Source: Priapulus caudatus (taxonomy: Eukaryota). Taken from it: a stretch of DNA of 64,000 nt. Positions 27,120-38,854 of this stretch are shown here, piece by piece; the stretch's first letter is position 1, and each line of letters starts with the position of its first letter. Below the pieces are notes generated by a model. The model did no database searches, was not told the origin of the DNA, and worked only from the letters and a program-made list of their open reading frames with translations. The DNA is taken from contig NW_014577061.1 of the NCBI RefSeq assembly GCF_000485595.1, positions 93,791-157,790 on the forward strand. Reading direction: 5' to 3'. Made by a program: the position numbers and the translations under genes.

Positions 27120-28424
27120 CTGGTTCCACTGTTGAATAGTTATCGGAAAGAAGGAATGGCGAAACTCTTCGGTGTTGACTCGCACTGTCTGAAGTTTCTG
27201 ACTGTTCTTACTGCGTGTTCGCTGGGGTCCAGGTTTGGTATACTGATCTGCTGGTACCGCCACTGAAGAAGCCATTATCTTCTTCATGAATGCTATGCGC
27301 TGATCGCGCCGCCGCTGAGCAAGAGAAGGCCAATTCAGAGTTCCTAGCATTTCAGTAACGCTACTGTCACGCCGGTAGTCTCTACATACGAACCTGGCTG
27401 CCCTTCTCTGAACTTTTTCCAACTTATCAATGTTTTTGACCAGGAACGAATCCCAAACAATAGATGCGAATTCCAATTTTGAGCGAACTAATGACTTATA
27501 TGCAACCTCTTTGAGTGTTTTTGGAGCAAATTTCAAGTTGCGGCGTAGAAAACCGAGCGTGCTGTTGGCCTTTGCGCAAATCGCACTGATGTGGCCGTCC
27601 CATTTTAGGTTGAAGGAGAATTTCAGTCCGAGGTACTAAGTGGTGGTCACTTCTTCTAAGATATGCTTATCCAACTCGTAGAAGAAGGAAAATCGAGTAC
27701 CAGCTCGTCGATGGATTCGGAGTATGTTACACTTCTTTGTGTTGAATCGCATGCCCCATGTTGATGCCCAGTCGTGAAGGCGTTCCAGGTCCCGCTGGAG
27801 CTCTATCTGGTCAGCGATCGATCGGATCTCTCTGTAGATTAGGCAGTCGTCGGCGAATAGCCTCACTTGGGATACGACGGCGTCAAGAAAGTCATTAATG
27901 TGGAGTAAGAAGAGTAGATGGACCAAGACAGTGCCTTGAGGTACCCCAGACTCTACCTTCACCTTATCCGATGAAACTCCATCAATGACGACCTGTTGGG
28001 TCCGGTCGCTGAGAAACTCCTTGATCCATGTTAAGCTTGTATCCCTGATGCCATACTGATGTAATTTCTTCATGAGCCGCAGGTGGGGTACGGTGTCAAA
28101 AGCTTTACTAAAGTCTAATACTGCAACATCCACCTGAACCTTACAATCAAAATAACTCAAGAAGTCGTGGGTGGACATCAGGAGCTGAGAAGCGCATGAG
28201 TGAAGCTTAAGGAAGCCATGCTGGTAGGCTGAGAGGATCTTATAGCGATCAAGGTGGTCCATGATATGGCGGCTTACGACGTGCTCCATCAGTTTGCACG
28301 ACACACAGGTTAATGACACTGGTCGGTAATTATCATTGGCATTCCGGTCACCTTTATTGAATACTGGGGTAACCCTGGCTTCCTTCCAATCTGCTGGTAG
28401 TTCACCACGCTCATATGATTGTGA
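27120..28424 (-). mobile_element. 5'-truncated CR1/L2-group LINE, reverse transcriptase and C-terminal region, with a frameshift near 27636
   Basis: Motifs GELPADWKEARVTPVF..NYRP, QHGF, LDFSKAFDTVPH, SGVPQGTVL, VRLFADDC, KANSTLGFLRRN, LEKVQRRAARF and SFFPITIQQWN. Confidence 0.95.
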
Positions 28425-29011
28425 TGAAGTTAACTACGTACGCTCCAATAGACAAATTTAGCTGTATCATTCACAGCAACTGGCTAGTCAACTTGTCCAT
28501 TTTATGTCAATTGTATGAACTAGTTTGTTATCTTAATCATGCCAGTCTTAGTTTTTGCATGCAATTTTTCGCAAGTAATGTCAACAAAATATACGGAAGT
28601 CATTGCATATCGTATAAGATCGGAGTGTATAATCCGCCTGTATAATACACTACTGATAACATGGCATTGTAGGTTGCGCGCAGGCGCGCCCGCACTCGCG
28701 CTCGAAATACTACTGCACGCATAGTATTAAAAGCCCCTTTTCACACGTTCGTGTTCAACGTTATATTTTGGGAGCTTCAACATCGACAAAACTGTCGAAC
28801 GGGGGAGAAAAGCCGAAAGATTTACGATGCCTGTGATTAATTGGGTATGTTTTCGTCTGACCAGCACTAACTAAACCTGATTAACACGCTGTTTGGCTAT
28901 AGCATTGTACGACGAAATCGACGATGCCGTGGTGAGAACTATAGCCGGCTGATTTTACACGCATGCGCTCTTTCAGAACACCCACGTGGATATCACGTGA
29001 TCAATGTATAC

Positions 29012-29049
29012 CAAGAGCTCATAATAGAGATCTCTATTATGAGCTCTTG
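29012..29049. mobile_element. 38-bp perfect palindrome CAAGAGCTCATAATAGAGA|TCTCTATTATGAGCTCTTG; P-type remnant or footprint
   Basis: 19+19-bp perfect inverted arms with CAAGAG termini. Flanks ATGTATAC and ATGTATGC match at 7 of 8 positions. Confidence 0.7.
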
Positions 29050-29646
29050 ATGTATGCGTATCAACTGCCCGAGCATGAATGAATTCGGAAACACACCACT
29101 GAGATTACTAAATTCCTTCCGACAGGCGGAGTGTACGTAGTAGTAGTAAGAAAGACGTTATGTAAAGGCTTGAGTTATGGCCAACATGCTATACATAATA
29201 AAACCTGAATAGATGCTCGATTTTTCGTCACTATGTAGCATAGCAGCATGGTAGATGATGGTGTAAAATTAAGATGCTTCTTTGCTCAGGTAACATATAT
29301 TAGACATGGAGCAGATGCTACAGTAAGCGATTTAAATATATATTCATGTGGTCATGAGTGAATAAAAATCCAACAAAAACATTTGTTTTCATACACTCCG
29401 GACGTGAAGAAGGTTATATATTGAACCTGCTGTCAAAAGTAGGAGAGCATTAACGTAAATATCTCATTAAATGAGATTCTGTCAAAGATGTGATGGTATT
29501 GTTTATGATTTGCGCCTGCATTTTGACATTGCATCCTACCGTGACATCATGACTCATGAAGATTTACCACTCTGTTCCCTGACCTAACTAAAACAAGGAA
29601 ACATCTAGTGCCAATGTCGCAGTGCAATACGGCATGGAACAGACCG

Positions 29647-29647
<1 letters not shown>

Positions 29648-29700
<53 letters not shown>

Positions 29701-29785
29701 NNNNNNNNNNCGCGTGCGCGTGCGCGTGCGCGTGCGCGTGTGCGTGTGCGTGTGCATGTTCGTGTGCGTTGCGTGTGCGTGTGTA
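29648..29785. repeat. (GT)n/(GCGCGT)n microsatellite with a 10-N gap
   Basis: Direct inspection. Confidence 0.9.
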
Positions 29786-30165
29786 TATGATTACTTTATA
29801 CACTGTCGAAACACGCGGGATCTTGTGCGATAGACATAACCCAACTGGTAGTTCTTATACGTTACCATGACTATAGGCATGCAAACTCTCCAGATCCGCA
29901 CAGTGAATTTTGTAAGCGTATTAAATAGCAATCTGTAGATTGAATTGATGCAATTCATTAGCTGTTATATCTCTCAGCGCAGCTTGCCAATACACTCACC
30001 GAGCTTGCTCGTAGAGTACTATCTTTCCTATGCACTAAATACAATGCCGTCTCTTGCTGTGGCGCTGAAGTAGAGTACCGGACTGCTGCCACAGGCGGCC
30101 CATACACGCACAATATCATTGACAATAATATTGTCAATAATGAATATTGACAATATTATTGATTA

Positions 30166-30465
30166 GGTTATTGATTGATAGGTCAATCTCTCCTCGTAGA
30201 ATTTGGTTACAATCTGTGGGCTTTTAATATTAGCATGTCGTGCTAGGACCAAATCTGTTTTATTGCTGCCTTTCCACTTCATCAAGAACACGAGCTCTCT
30301 GCTAGACCCGGTTGCGCCGATGATGCGCTCTGGTTGGAGTCCTCGCGCAAAGCCACGTGAATTTGAAGAGTCCTCCTCCTCCATCTTCTTTTCCTCTTTC
30401 AACTTTCGTTCGGGTTCCTGCATTGATCTTAACGGTCTCATTTCGCTTCAGGCTCCCCGTATATC
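30166..30465 (-). pseudogene. HP1: Processed HP1/chromobox pseudogene fragment (chromodomain tail, hinge and chromo shadow domain)
   Basis: [60 protein letters not shown] matches the HP1 chromo shadow consensus but changes normally invariant sites. Upstream, another frame reads GEPEAK*DR*D, a decayed WEPEENLDCPD. No introns. Confidence 0.88.
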
Positions 30466-31432
30466 AATGGAGGTTCAGGATGGTGTGAAGGGCAGTAGGA
30501 TTGGGTGATAACTTGTATGGCGGCTTATTTAATATTACAAAAAAACTATTACTTAGTTAAAATAATTATGTTAAAAGCTGAGCACTTTTGCGGGTGTTGT
30601 ACTCTCATGTCCACGCTGCGATGTGTAGCGGCTATTGCTGCTGTGCTCTGCTGCGGTAAGTTCCCGCGCGTCAAGATGACTGCTGCCCACGTTAGCTGGC
30701 GTGTTAGAACATATGGCTGCCCGCGCGGCGCTGTCTCTAGTAAGTTTGCAAAAGTTGCTGACGATGCGATGGTGATGCTGCTGTCGCTCGGATGTCGCTG
30801 CTGCTGTTGTTGCTGTTACTGTTACTGCTGACACCGGCGATGACGCTGGTGTTCACGCTGCGGCAATCGACGTTGACGATGACGCTGATACAGTTCTATA
30901 TGCGGTGCAGACGTGCGATGTAGCCTCTGCGGTGCTGACGACGCTGTTTCTGCCGAGGTTGACGCTACGAGACGCTGACGATGCTGCTGACGATTTCACT
31001 GTTAATGTTGCTGTGTGATGTTTCCTTCCACACGAATCCTTGGTCGAACGGCGCCAATGAAATCAGTTAATGAAACCAGTGATGTAACAGTGCGCGGATA
31101 GTTTTAATCAAAGATTATTGTTTAATCAAATTGTGTGTGGTGAAATTGATAGGTCTTCTCACATTGTACATTTTATTATGGCATGTTGAGTACGCGTACA
31201 TTAGCCAAGGTCGCGCCTGTGTGGCGAAGCAGGATGTCAGTTTTAACTGCGTAGATGCAAACCCGGATGTAGACACGTACGTACGCGACGTGGTGCAGTG
31301 CGCGACGTGGCGACGTGGCGACGTGGGCGACGTGGCGACGCGACGTGGCGACGTGCGAGGGGACGCCTTTCGGCCTGCGGTGGCTTTGGGGACCCCTGAT
31401 GTGACGTCATCTCGCTAGTCATATATATAATA

Positions 31433-32660
31433 CTAGCTGCGGGTACCCGCTGCGCTGGGTAAAATCGTGCTACTAATTCATACTACTAATAATTGGACAC
31501 AATAGGAACATTGGGTATAAATCGACAATATACATTGCACACAATATCAATATTTACAATCAGTCTAATAAGATAATAAGCATGGGGGAAACTGACGTAT
31601 GACATTTATATGACAGCAGAACCCAACTTAGAACCCTGGACATAATAGTAATATGGTGCAATCGAGAAAGTTATTATAACAGCATGTACGAATGGGTTGC
31701 AGTTTTCATTTGAAAACCTCTTGATAAACAATGGTTTGCGTGTTATTGTCTGGTGGAAATATGTAGAGATTGCTGGCGTCTCGAACTGTTGAGAGCTCAC
31801 CACGTACAGCTATCCATTGTCAGATCGTAGGATGAATAAAGGAAATTGGGTATATAGTATAGATAGAGACAGGCCAGCGAGTGGGGTCTGTGTCCATTGG
31901 ATATTGTCTAGTGAATGCTTGGCGCGCAACCATGCACATTGAAATAAAGGAATTTTTCTACTGAATCAGAAAGGCATAGCTTTCGAATGGAACAATGGAT
32001 TCTGAAATCGTAGCATGATATAAAAAAGTCGATATATAGTATACAGACAGGCCAGCGAGTGGGGAAATTTGTAATTATAAAAGAATGTTTACTCACTTGG
32101 TACGCGTGTTTTATGCGTTGATGTTTTGAGCAATCGTAACTCTCAAACTATATGCATACTCACACTAATATAGTGAATCTCTATAAATATTTAGAAATCA
32201 GTCTAATCAGATAATAAGCATGGTAAAAAACGGTTACGTATTTATATGACAGCACAACGGAACGTAGAACCCCTGGAACATAATAGTAATATGGTGTAAA
32301 TAAGAAAAAGTTATTCTAACAGCATGTACGAATGGGTTGCAGTTCTATTTCAAAGCTCTTGATAAACAATGCAGTCGTAACCTCTGAACAGGTTCCTGGT
32401 AGTGCTCTGTTTTAGTATCGGTTTCGGTTTCACAATACCAGCAGCTGATGGAATGAGTGATCGATTTTTGTGTTTGAGGGGTTTTTCACGGATTTTTCGG
32501 TGAGTTTGACGGTTTGGCAGGTTTTTTTCAGCTACGAACACTCCCCGGGTATAAGAGATGGCCCTGTTGAAAATTGCATCCAGATCGCTTGGGCGGTTTG
32601 GCCGCCTATAGGGAAGATACATACATACAACATACAGACGAACTCAAAATATATATTAGA
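31433..32660 (-). mobile_element. Non-autonomous Helitron, copy 1
   Basis: Minus-strand 5' TC(TAATATA) and 3' CTAG, with palindrome GCGGGTACCCGC just before the end. (TATG)n near the 5' end. Decayed RepHel C-terminal text LYV...NLYIFPP..TIVYQEV. Confidence 0.85.
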
Positions 32661-33943
32661 CTAGCCTGCGGGGACCGCTGCGCTGGGTAAAATCTTGCTA
32701 CTAATTCATATACTATAATAATGGGACAGAATAGGACATTGGGTACAAAATCGACAATAACATTGCAGACAATATTAATATTTAGAAATGAGTGTAATAA
32801 GATAATAGCAATGGAAAAAACGAAAAAACTGTTACGTATGACATTTATAATGACATCACACCGAACTTAGAACCTGGAACATAATAGTAATATGGTGTAA
32901 ATGACAAAAACTTATTATACAGAGCATGTAGGAATGGGTTGGACTTTTCATTTGAATAAAAGCCTCGTGATAAGAATGTTTTCGTCTTATTCTCTGGTGG
33001 AAATATGTAGAGATTCCTGGCGTCTCTTATCTTGAACTCCCCACGTACAGCTATCCATTGTGAGATCGTAGCATGAATAAAAGGAATATAGTATCAGGAG
33101 CTAATAACTACAAATTTGTCATTATTAGCTGCCTCATAGTATAGATACGAGACACGCAACCATGCCACATTGAAATGAAGAAATTTTCCTAGTGAATGAG
33201 AAACTGATAGCTTTCGAATGGTACATGCATTGTGAGATCGTAACATCTGAACTGAACCTCTGAGTTGAGTGAGTAGTAGCTCTGAACTGGTGAAACTGGT
33301 GCTGGTTGTGGTGTGTTTTAGTATTGGTTTTCGTTTCACACAATACCAGCAGACCGGATGAGATGAGGGAATCGATATTTTTCTCTGTGTGCAGCACTGT
33401 ACAGTTCGTGCTGCATTGTGTGAAGATTCACGAATTGACGGGTTTTTCACGGATTTTTCGGTGACATTGACGGTTTGACAGGTTTTTTTCATCTAGGAAC
33501 ACGCCCGGGGTATAAGAGATGGCCTGTGAAAATTGCACCCAGGATCGCTTGTGCGGTTTGGCCGGCCTATAGAGAAAGTACATACATACACTACATACAT
33601 ACATACATACATACATACATAATACAACATACATACATACATACATACATACATACATACATACATACATACATACATACATAACATACATCATACAACA
33701 TAATACATCATACATAATACATACATACATACATACATACATACATACATACATACATACATACATACATACAACATACATACATACATACATACAGTAC
33801 ATACATACATACATACATACATACATACATACATACTACTACATACATACATATACATACATACATACAACATACATACATACTACATACATACATACAT
33901 ACATACATACATACCATACATACGAACTCAAATATATATTAGA
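32661..33943 (-). mobile_element. Non-autonomous Helitron, copy 2 (head-to-tail with copy 1), with expanded (CATA)n at 33578-33922
   Basis: The junction on the minus strand reads CTAG|TCTAAT. The pair lies between host A and T with no TSD. Confidence 0.85.
33095..33135. mobile_element. 41-bp P-type remnant inside Helitron copy 2
   Basis: CAGGAGCTAATAA...ATTATTAGCTGCCTC with 7-bp TSD ATAGTAT at 33088-33094 and 33136-33142. The corresponding site in Helitron copy 1 (~31855) is empty. Confidence 0.7.
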
Positions 33944-34906
33944 TGACCACACTTGGGAGCGCTTGAGTTTCCAAGCGCGCGACATTTACGATCATGTGTA
34001 GACTACCTGGATTTTTGAACTCTTGCTCATGTGTGTGTTGTGAAGCAGCAATAAATTCTTGTGCGTGGAAGCCCACTTTAAACTTATGAAAATATTTTGT
34101 GATCGCTTTTCCTTCGAGCGGAAACAACCGAACGAATGGGGTTGGAACTTTATAATTTATACAATATATACAATTGCTACGAATCAAAGGAATAGCAACG
34201 CAAGGCTTATGGCAATAATACGATCACGAGCCACACAGTCGGGTGTCTCCCGACGTATCTTCACGAACAGAAACCTAACACGAACTAGTTTCAGTAAGTG
34301 TACTTTTCACCGTGTAGCCACTGCTGTTATCTTGGTGCATGTATTTAGGTTAAATTGAGGGCCGTTTGATCAACCTAATGAATCTGATAAATCTGATAAA
34401 TCTTGATCAATCTAAGACGATTTTGGCACCTAAACAGTTATAATCCTAGGCAACGCTAGGATCCATGTCTGTCCACCTTCAGCATCAGAGCACAATTGAC
34501 GATATTTTACAATATTATTGTGCCGTTGGTGGCCAACAGAATTTCTTGTCAATAATATTGTACCAATATTATTGTCAATGATATTGTGCGTGTATGGGCC
34601 GCTTTATAGATCTACTGGGCGGGCGTGCACCACGAAATGCCATAGCTTCACGTGTATATCGCCGTTGAAAACACGTACCGTAATTTGTCTTCTAGTCCGA
34701 TTAGGCGATTGTACGTATGCGACTGCGTATATATAAATATACCGACGTATAGTCCGGCAGAAAGATGGCTTTTTTGCTTGAACCTTGCAAATGGTATATA
34801 GTTTTTTTATTGCTCTAAAGTTTGCCTTCATAGTCTACTTCAATGATCCACCAACTGTCACTCTGGCAGTGGTGGGGAATTTACTCTACACACCCTTTAT
34901 TTAATA

Positions 34907-35395
34907 CTAGCTGCGGGTACCGCCTGCGCTGCAAAATCGTGCTACCTAATTTAATACTACTAATAATCGACACAATAGGAAAATTGGTAAAAATGGAGAA
35001 TAACATTGCACACAATATCAATATTACAAATCAGTCTAATAAGATAATAAAGCATGGTAAAAAAACTGTTACGTATGAATATTATATCACAGCACACAAC
35101 CCAACTTAGAACCCCTGGAACATAATAGTAATATGGTGTAAATTGACAAAAAGCAATTATCACAGCATGTACGAATGGTTGCATTTTCATTTCAAAGCCC
35201 TTTTTGATAAACAATGTTTTCGCTTATTCTCTGGTGCAAATATGTAGAGATTCCTGGCGTCTCCAACTGTTGAGCTCCCACGTACAGCTGTCCGTGGGAG
35301 AAGCAGACTGTCCGAGGTGCAGACGACGCATAGACAGCGTCTGCCTTGAGCTTTGTTGATGCTCATGGCAAAGTTAGTTTGATGGGGAATTGTAT
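34907..35395 (-). mobile_element. 3' fragment of a Helitron with Pif1-helicase C-terminal motifs, inside the Academ element
   Basis: Minus strand reads QFPIKL/FAMSINKAQG/TLS/LHLGQ/CFSHGQLYVG (frameshifted), followed by the same 3' UTR and CTAG end as copies 1 and 2. Confidence 0.85.
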
Positions 35396-35399
35396 TATT

Positions 35400-36410
35400 G
35401 TGAGGACTTTAAGGTGACATGGATGTACTGGGAGGCCATCCCCACACGTTAGTCATTACTGGCCAAGATGAAGTGCCTGTAGAGATTCTCCATACGGCTT
35501 AGTAATTCAGAGAACAGACCTCAAGACAGACCATGAAGAAGCAAACACAATCGTCACAGCACGAGCGATATATGCAGCACAAGAAGAGAGAAGAAAGTCA
35601 TTGTTGAGGCAGATGACACAGATGTGTACGTTCTGTTGCTGTACCATTACCTCGATAGAGGCTTAACATCCCTATGATAATGCAGTCACCAAGGAAAGCG
35701 CAGAGCTGTTGTGGATATTAGTGCTACAGTGATAAAGCTTTCCAGTATTATTCCCGACATGTACAGCCATGCCCTGACAGGTTGCGGACACTGTTCCATG
35801 TGCACGGGATCGAAAGGGCAAAATGTTGAAAATTCTTCGAGGAGGGAAATGCAGGCTTGAGCCTCCTTGGAATCAGATGATGACATTGATGATGTGTTGC
35901 TCCAGCCCACAGCTTTTGTCTCAGCATGCTACAACATGCCATGATGCAACATCCATGACTGAGTCAAGAATCAAGCTTGGAAAACAAAACAGATAGAAAA
36001 GGAGCAACAGGTACACCGAAGCTGTGCACTCTGCCACCCAACCAATGAAGCATTCAAAGAAATGTCAAAAGCGCACACTATCAGTGCTGGCATCTGAGAC
36101 ATGCCCTACAAGAGCATCCAGACCTTAATCCCACGGAATATGGCTGGTAAGGATGAGGAAACTAAGTCCCTACAGCCTGTCACTCTCCCTGTTACGACTC
36201 CCCAGCACCAGATTACATACTCAAGCTCATCAAGTGTTCTTGTTCTTCGGGATAGTCCATGCAAGTCCAAGGCTGTGGTTGTAACATTGGTAGACTCGCG
36301 TGTACAAGATTTTTGCAATTGTCAGGGCGTGCTGCATGTTGTAAGAAACAACCTAGAGTCGTCCAACACGAAGCCTTTGATGACGAGGAAAAGGAGGAGA
36401 GGACGATTAA
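35400..36410 (+). pseudogene. C-terminal remnant of an Academ protein (XPG-like nuclease and Cys8-type zinc finger)
   Basis: Across frameshifts: DHEEANT, VIVEADDTDVYVLLL, HALTGC, LCTLPP..EAFKENVKSAHYQ, EYGW.KDEETKSLQP and KCSC..PCKSK.CGC..LACTRFCNC. Confidence 0.75.
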
Positions 36411-37842
36411 AGCCAACTGATTTGTTTGAAATTGTACCAGAAAATGTAAATTGTAGGTAACCCTATAAAACTCATTTTCGTGGATTTTGCGTGTTTACAT
36501 AAGGAAAGGTTTAACGGTAAACCAATTTTCATGCCTAATCACAGACGTTTATGCTTGTAAATTAGTCTATAACTATTTCAAAATGTCAAATGCATCTGTA
36601 AATGATGGTATAATATAATTGTTACATGCATTGGCATCTCATTATTGGACACTAGGCTTTATTTAATCCAAATTTAATTGTTTATGATGCGGTTTTGGAT
36701 AAATCTACATTAAATAAAATTCCCCACAACTGAGCAACTGCCAGTTGTTAAAATGCCTTATTTGGTGCAAGAACATAAAGAAAACGAACGTAAGAAAAAC
36801 TATATAACTTAATGCAAACCATATGCCCTATTCTGCCGGACTAGTAGGATTAGTACTAGGTCACTGTGCTCATTAGTGATAATATATTATATAGCCAATA
36901 GGGAGGGGATGATACCAATATCTGTTTAGCAATTCTATTAGCCGCGTTTGACACTCTCAGTAAATGCGTGTATATCTTTCATTAAATTCATGCTAATTGA
37001 ATTAAAATCAATAATTAATTCGATTACATTGAACGCTGGAGCATGTGCAAGGTGTAATCGCAAGAGTATGCAACGCCTGCATTTGCAGTGCGCATGCGCA
37101 AAACACGCCATTTTGCCCTAACGTAGCCTGCAGCCTTAAGCCGTTGGCATTCTAATATGATAGTATTCAATCTAGCCTACGATGTTACGTGTTGGCTTTT
37201 ACATATGTGCAGTTTAAGTCTTCGAATTTGGGGTTATTATGTTAGGCGTCGCCCACCCACTATCACGTAAAAATATTAGGCTCATCACGCGTGCTGTGTG
37301 ATTATTTATGTACGTAGTAGTAGTACGTACGTACGTATAAAGTCTGGTCCGCAAAGTACAATAGAATTCGTCAGGTGAGTCTACACAAAGACATCATGAA
37401 AACCTAATACGCTCTGTGTATGGCGATATGATCCTTGTTTCTGCAGAATGTTAACAATATGCCATTCAATATTAACACAATTGCTCCGCTTGTAGAAATC
37501 CGGATGCAACTTAAGCTTTTAGCACTTCAGCCCTTTGGGGTGTGTAGAATAGTGTAGTGACAGAACTGAACATGTCAACGATAATCAGCCGAACTCGTAC
37601 ATTTCTTTTCTAGTTTCTTCTGTCTATTTGATCAACTTTGGCTCTTTCCGTCTTCGATATATATTTCCTTGGACTTTAAAGACTAATATTTACGAGGTTA
37701 TATGAGGTTAGTGTCCACATGCATCCCCAGTAATACGCACATTTACCAGTAATGTTGGATTCCTCATCCCTTTTCATATAGTTAAACGAGACAAAATTAC
37801 AGAAAAAGAGCTGCCACAGCGACATTCTGTATAGAATGTTAA

Positions 37843-37957
37843 CAAGAGCTAATAGTAATAACAATACTACTACTACAACTACTACTACTACTACTACTAC
37901 AAATAATAATAATATTATTATTATAATAATAATAATTATTATTATTATTAGCTCTTG
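37843..37957. mobile_element. P-type remnant CAAGAGCTAATA...TATTAGCTCTTG filled with (ACT)/(AAT) microsatellite
   Basis: 12-bp perfect inverted ends. Flanks ATGTTAA and GTGTTAT match at 5 of 7 positions. Confidence 0.55.
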
Positions 37958-38262
37958 GTGTTATCTGAATATGTGCATTCTAGGCTGCCGATCGTCGCAT
38001 TTGCTACATAATATGTTTTGGCGGGAAACAACTCGACATAGTCTAAAATCAAAATTATGGCGACTACGGTATGTGCCTTACACATTATCCTCGGAAACTG
38101 TAACGGACGAAACACGCGACCTAGAGTAAAGCGGACCACAACCTAAAGTTTGTGACAGTAATGACGATGATCATCCCTACGACGCACACACACCCGAGGT
38201 TAGCGATATAGAGATACACGAGTATACAATAACATGAGTATGAGAATAACGCTGAGTTATAT

Positions 38263-38854
38263 CAGGGGTGAGTAATGACAAATATTAATTAACAAAATAA
38301 ACAAAAAATAACTAAAATATATAATAACTAAATAATAACTAAACTAAAAATAAACAATTAATATTTGTGACCCGCTCCAGCAAAACAAGGATTAAGTAGG
38401 AAATTTTACAAATTGAGTTATGTGCATATCTGAATAGATCATTTAATTACCTTTAAAATGATATATAATATTTGGCTATATCTAAAGAATTGACCGATCT
38501 ACAGCAATTTGAAGATCGGAAACCGACTTATTCCGGAATATGCAGCTTTTGAGATAAAGCGTTCCGGGTAAGAAGCCCAGTCGGGGATAAGAGGTCAGGG
38601 GCCGGTCTGAAGGGCGAAGAAAAAAAAAGATTTTTTTTTAAATTGAAAATGACCATAATAATCTAGAGATATCTGAACCTATATATCCGGATTAAATATG
38701 CACTTAGAAACTTATTTTTATAAAAAATCTTATTTTTGTCCAGGTAGGCCATTTTCAGCATTGAAATGTGTGCGTGCTCATTACTCAAAACAATGACTTG
38801 CGACTTAGTCCGTATTATGCTGGAGCGAGTCACATTTGTCATTATGAATCCCTG
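38263..38854. mobile_element. P-type MITE carrying a nested ~470-bp TIR element
   Basis: CAGGGGTGAGTAATGACAAAT...ATTTGTCATTATGAATCCCTG with 7-bp TSD GTTATAT at 38256-38262 and 38855-38861. Confidence 0.75.
38366..38834. mobile_element. Unclassified non-autonomous DNA element with TGTGAC(C/T)CGCTCCAGCA inverted ends
   Basis: Left TGTGACCCGCTCCAGCAAAACAAGGATTAAGT. The reverse complement of the right end is TGTGACTCGCTCCAGCATAATACGGACTAAGT. Confidence 0.65.

Larger units (their letters stand above)
30560..33951 (-). mobile_element. LTR-retrotransposon 5' remnant: LTR (33951-33944 plus 31432-31058, split by Helitrons), PBS and leader
   Basis: Minus-strand LTR starts TGTGGTCA, ends TGATTTCA and contains AATAAA (~31175). 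It is followed directly by the PBS-like TGGCGCCGTTCGACC at 31056-31042. No gag/pol or 3' LTR was recognised. Confidence 0.6.
30095..34602. mobile_element. Pair of perfect 39-bp inverted repeats (PIF/Harbinger-like MITE ends) bracketing a 4.5-kb nested complex
   Basis: GCGGCCCATACACGCACAATATCATTGACAATAATATTG at 30095-30133 and its exact reverse complement at 34564-34602. Outer flanks do not form a TSD. Confidence 0.65.
34750..36843 (+). mobile_element. Internally deleted Academ (AcademX-type) DNA transposon
   Basis: TIR TAGTCCGGCAGAA / TTCTGCCGGACTA plus matching subterminal blocks. 3-bp TSD GTA at 34747-34749 and 36844-36846. Internal XPG/PIN-like nuclease and Cys-rich remnants. Confidence 0.8.

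Noticed and set aside
30163..30441. HP1 ORF as the functional host HP1 gene
   Set aside because: The chromodomain remnant has stops and a frameshift, invariant shadow-domain residues are changed, and it is embedded in TE sequence.
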